Part shown: positions 60,376 through 64,000 of the stretch, in pieces
How positions within the stretch are numbered: the stretch's first letter is position 1
Layout of the letters: the number at the start of each line of letters is the position of its first letter
Assembly (NCBI RefSeq): GCF_009914755.1
Contig: NC_060947.1
DNA: 64,000 nt
Strand: one strand, 5' to 3'
Source: the human T2T-CHM13v2.0 reference genome, Homo sapiens
Notes under the pieces: model-generated
What the model saw: the letters and a program-made list of their open reading frames with translations, nothing else
Told to the model about the DNA's origin: nothing
The model's database searches: none
Program-made: the position numbers and the translations under genes

Positions 60376-61156
60376 GTGGTCATGTTGGCTCTCTGTCGGG
60401 GCAGGGATCCAGCCAAGCTTGAGAAAATCCCTCACAGTGACTCCCAGACTGCCCAGGAGGCAACTTCAGACTGGCATCCCATTGGAAAGGAAACTCTAGA
60501 ACTCCACACTTTTACTGGCTAGATACTGAGAATAAACTCTATGTCCTTGGTGCTGGCAATTCTTCACAGCATTCATTCTTTGAGATTTTTGCATAGCAGT
60601 GCTGGAGAAATGCCCCCTTTCATTGGCCGCAAAGATGAAGCTTACACAAATGAATATCATTAAAGGTGTACAGGTGGAACCAGAAACAACATTAAATGTG
60701 ACAGATGAGAACCGAAGAAGAGTGAGCTAGGAGAAACAGTTGGGTTCCATCCATAAGGCTAGAGGTGACTTTGTGAAGTGTGCTAGAGATGTACCAAAGA
60801 CGGGGCCATCTTCTGGGTGGGGATGTGCAGACACAGGAGCCCAAGAGAAATCACAAAGGGCAAATCCAGAAATCCAAAATCACAGATGTTTTTTTATTGA
60901 GTTTATGCAAGACTGCTTTTTTTTTTTTTGTTTTTGCAGATAATTAATTAACTGTACTATACAGTCATGCATATTTCACAAATACTAAAGTTCACATGTA
61001 CACAAATAATACTCGCGAAGCACAAAACGACATAATATATCTCATTTGGCCCTCTCTGCTCCATGCCCAGGCAGATCTTCAAGTACTTAGAGCACCCACT
61101 TGCCTGGATCAGCAACCTGAGATGCCCCAAGAACACTTTTAAAAGAACAGGTAGTT

Positions 61157-62360
61157 ATAAGCCAAAAGACAGGCGATAACAGATACTGGTGAGGATGTGG
61201 AAAAAAGGGAACCCTCCTACACTGTTGATGGGAATGTAAATTAGTACAACCACTATGGAGAACGGTTTGGAGGTTCATCAAAAAGCTAAAAATTGAACTA
61301 GCATACAATCCAGCAGTCCCTCTGCTGGGAATATACCCCTCAAAAGAGAAGTCAGTATATAGAAGACATATCTGCACTCCCATGTTTGTTGCAGCACTGT
61401 TTACAATAGCTAACATTTGGAAGCAACCTCAGTGTCCATCAACAGATGAATGGATAAAGAAAATGTGCTACATACACACAATGAAATACTAGTCAGCCAT
61501 AAAAAAGAATGAGATCCAGTGATTTACAACAACATGGATGGAACTGGAGGTCATCACACTAAGTGAAATAAGCCAGGCACAGAAAGACAAACATTTCATG
61601 TTCTCACTTATTTGTGGTAACTATAAATCAAAACAGTTGAACTGATAGACATAGAGAGTAGAAGGATGGTTACCAGAAGTTGGAAAGGGTAGTGTAGGCC
61701 TGGGGGAGGGGGAGGTGGGGATGGTTAATGGGTACATAAAAATAGTTAGAAAGAATGAATAAGACCTGCTATTTGATAGCAAAGCAGGTTGACTACAGTC
61801 AATAATAATTTTATGTTTTAAAATAACCAAAAGAGTGTAATTGGATTGTTTGTAACTCAAGGGATAAATGCTTGGGGGGATGGATACCCCATTTTTCCTG
61901 ATGCGCTTATTTCATGTTGCACACCTGTATTAGTCCATTTTCATGCTGCTGATAAAGACATACCCGAGACTGGGTAACTTATAAGGAAAAAGAGGTTTAA
62001 TGGACTCACAGTTCTACCTGGTTGGGGAGGCCTCACAAACATGGTGGAAGGCGAAAGGCACGTCTTACATGGCATCAGGCAAGAGAGAGAATGAGAACCA
62101 AGCAAAAGGGGTTTCCCCTTATAAAATCATCAGATCTCATGAGACTTACTCATTACCATAAGAACAGTAGGGGGAACTGCCACCATGATTCATTTATCTC
62201 CCACTGGGCCCTTCCCACAACATGTGGGACTTATGGGAGCTACAATTCAAGATGAGATTTGGGTGGGGTCACAGCCAAGCCATATCAATGCCTGTATCAA
62301 AAATCTCATGTACCCCATAAATGTATACACCTATTATGTACCCAAAAAAATTTGTTTAAA
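61157..62360 (+). mobile_element. 5'-truncated L1MA (MA2/3-like) 3' end, interrupted by THE1
   Basis: ORF2 end and 3'UTR ('gaatgaataagacctgctatttgatagc..ggatggataccccattt'); imperfect TSD aaaagaac..gtt. Confidence 0.92.
61926..62287 (-). mobile_element. THE1B-like solo LTR
   Basis: 'tgtattagtccattttcatgctgctgataaagacatacccgagactggg' ... 'cacagccaagccatatca'; 5-bp TSD acacc/atgcc. Confidence 0.95.
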
Positions 62361-63125
62361 AAAGAACGTGGTTCTTCAGTTTCTGTTGCCTGGGGTAGTA
62401 TAAAATAAAAGTAAAATTCAATACTTAACACATATTTATTTCATGTTTGTTTTTCCTTGCCAATTTATTTTGTGGTGATTTGGTAATTTTCTCTTTGTAA
62501 TTTCCCTTTGTTCCAAGAAACAGTGCCACCTTTATTCTATTTAAATTTTACTTTATTATATAACTTCAAAGATAAAATTCACAGGATACGCTAACCACGG
62601 CATTATTCTCTGCATCCCATTCACCTGAAGATATTAATAGTAGGTTATCCAAGTTTGTTTTCCATCATATCTTTATCTATTTTGGTGATCTAATTTGGAA
62701 TAAACTTTCTTCTCCAAAAATTATCACAAAATGTATATGTCTCCTGGTGGCATAAAATATGAAACAAAATCATAGTTGGGAAATGTTCAGCAGAGCCTTT
62801 ACTTGGTGAATATTACATTAAAAATATGTAGTTGAGCCACACAGAAATGCACTGACTGGTAACAGATTTTGCTGTGCACTTTTCTCTGACATAACACTCA
62901 TTAAAAATGGGAGATGTGAAAACAAAATGTTTTGCTTCTTTAACAAATTGTTTACATAAGGAATGAGAAAATAATTGTCATTTGATGGACAACATTGATG
63001 CCATGGGCTAAATCTTGCTCTACCAATATGAATCCAATCAACAACATCAAAAGTACAGGTTGCAATTACTACCTGGAATTTGGATCTTTCATTGGTTCCA
63101 AAATCAGTGTTCTCTACCTGCTGTG

Positions 63126-63674
<549 letters not shown>

Positions 63675-64000
63675 AATTATACCATTATTTCTCCTTAAAA
63701 CAACAAACATTCCCCCCACCCCTGATAGATCCACATTTTGCATCTTTGCCATATGCCATGCTATGACTCTTCCCTCCCATGCTGTTCCTCATAAATTCCA
63801 AAATAGGAAACCACCTTCATAAGTTTCTGCTGTCATCCTACTTCATTACAAGGTTAGTCTTGTTATGTCAGAAAGTTTTAATCCTGTTCAAAATTGCCTG
63901 TTAGACAGAATGTGTTGTGTGTTTATGTGGGGAAGAAGGCCTTGAGGCATGATTCCTGGAGAGATTAGAGAACTGGAAAACTCATGAAAAAGTGTGTTTA

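Overview
This window is anthropoid-primate (most likely human or great-ape) AT-rich non-coding DNA, either intergenic or deep intronic. It is dominated by interspersed repeats: Alu (Y, S, J, monomer), L1 (PA, PB, MA, MC/ME), L2, MIR, THE1/MLT1/MLT2/LTR16 LTRs and MER5/MER58 DNA elements. I find no host protein-coding exon, RNA gene or CpG island, and I cannot name the locus. All long ORFs come from L1, Alu or simple repeats. I see no evidence of a new multi-gene system. The most unusual structures are: (1) a ~1.2 kb (TA)n-based minisatellite with ~64 CATCTG/CAGATG E-boxes that flips orientation at ~33721, forming a long quasi-palindrome; (2) an 83-bp templated insertion into an L1PB ORF2, copied from 4.5 kb downstream; (3) a young, tail-less, TSD-less internal L1PA fragment; (4) a TSD-flanked retrocopy of an mRNA 3' end; (5) a 58-bp dispersed duplication next to a candidate enhancer region. 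Repeat subfamily calls come from my recollection of consensus sequences, and their boundaries are approximate unless TSDs are given.
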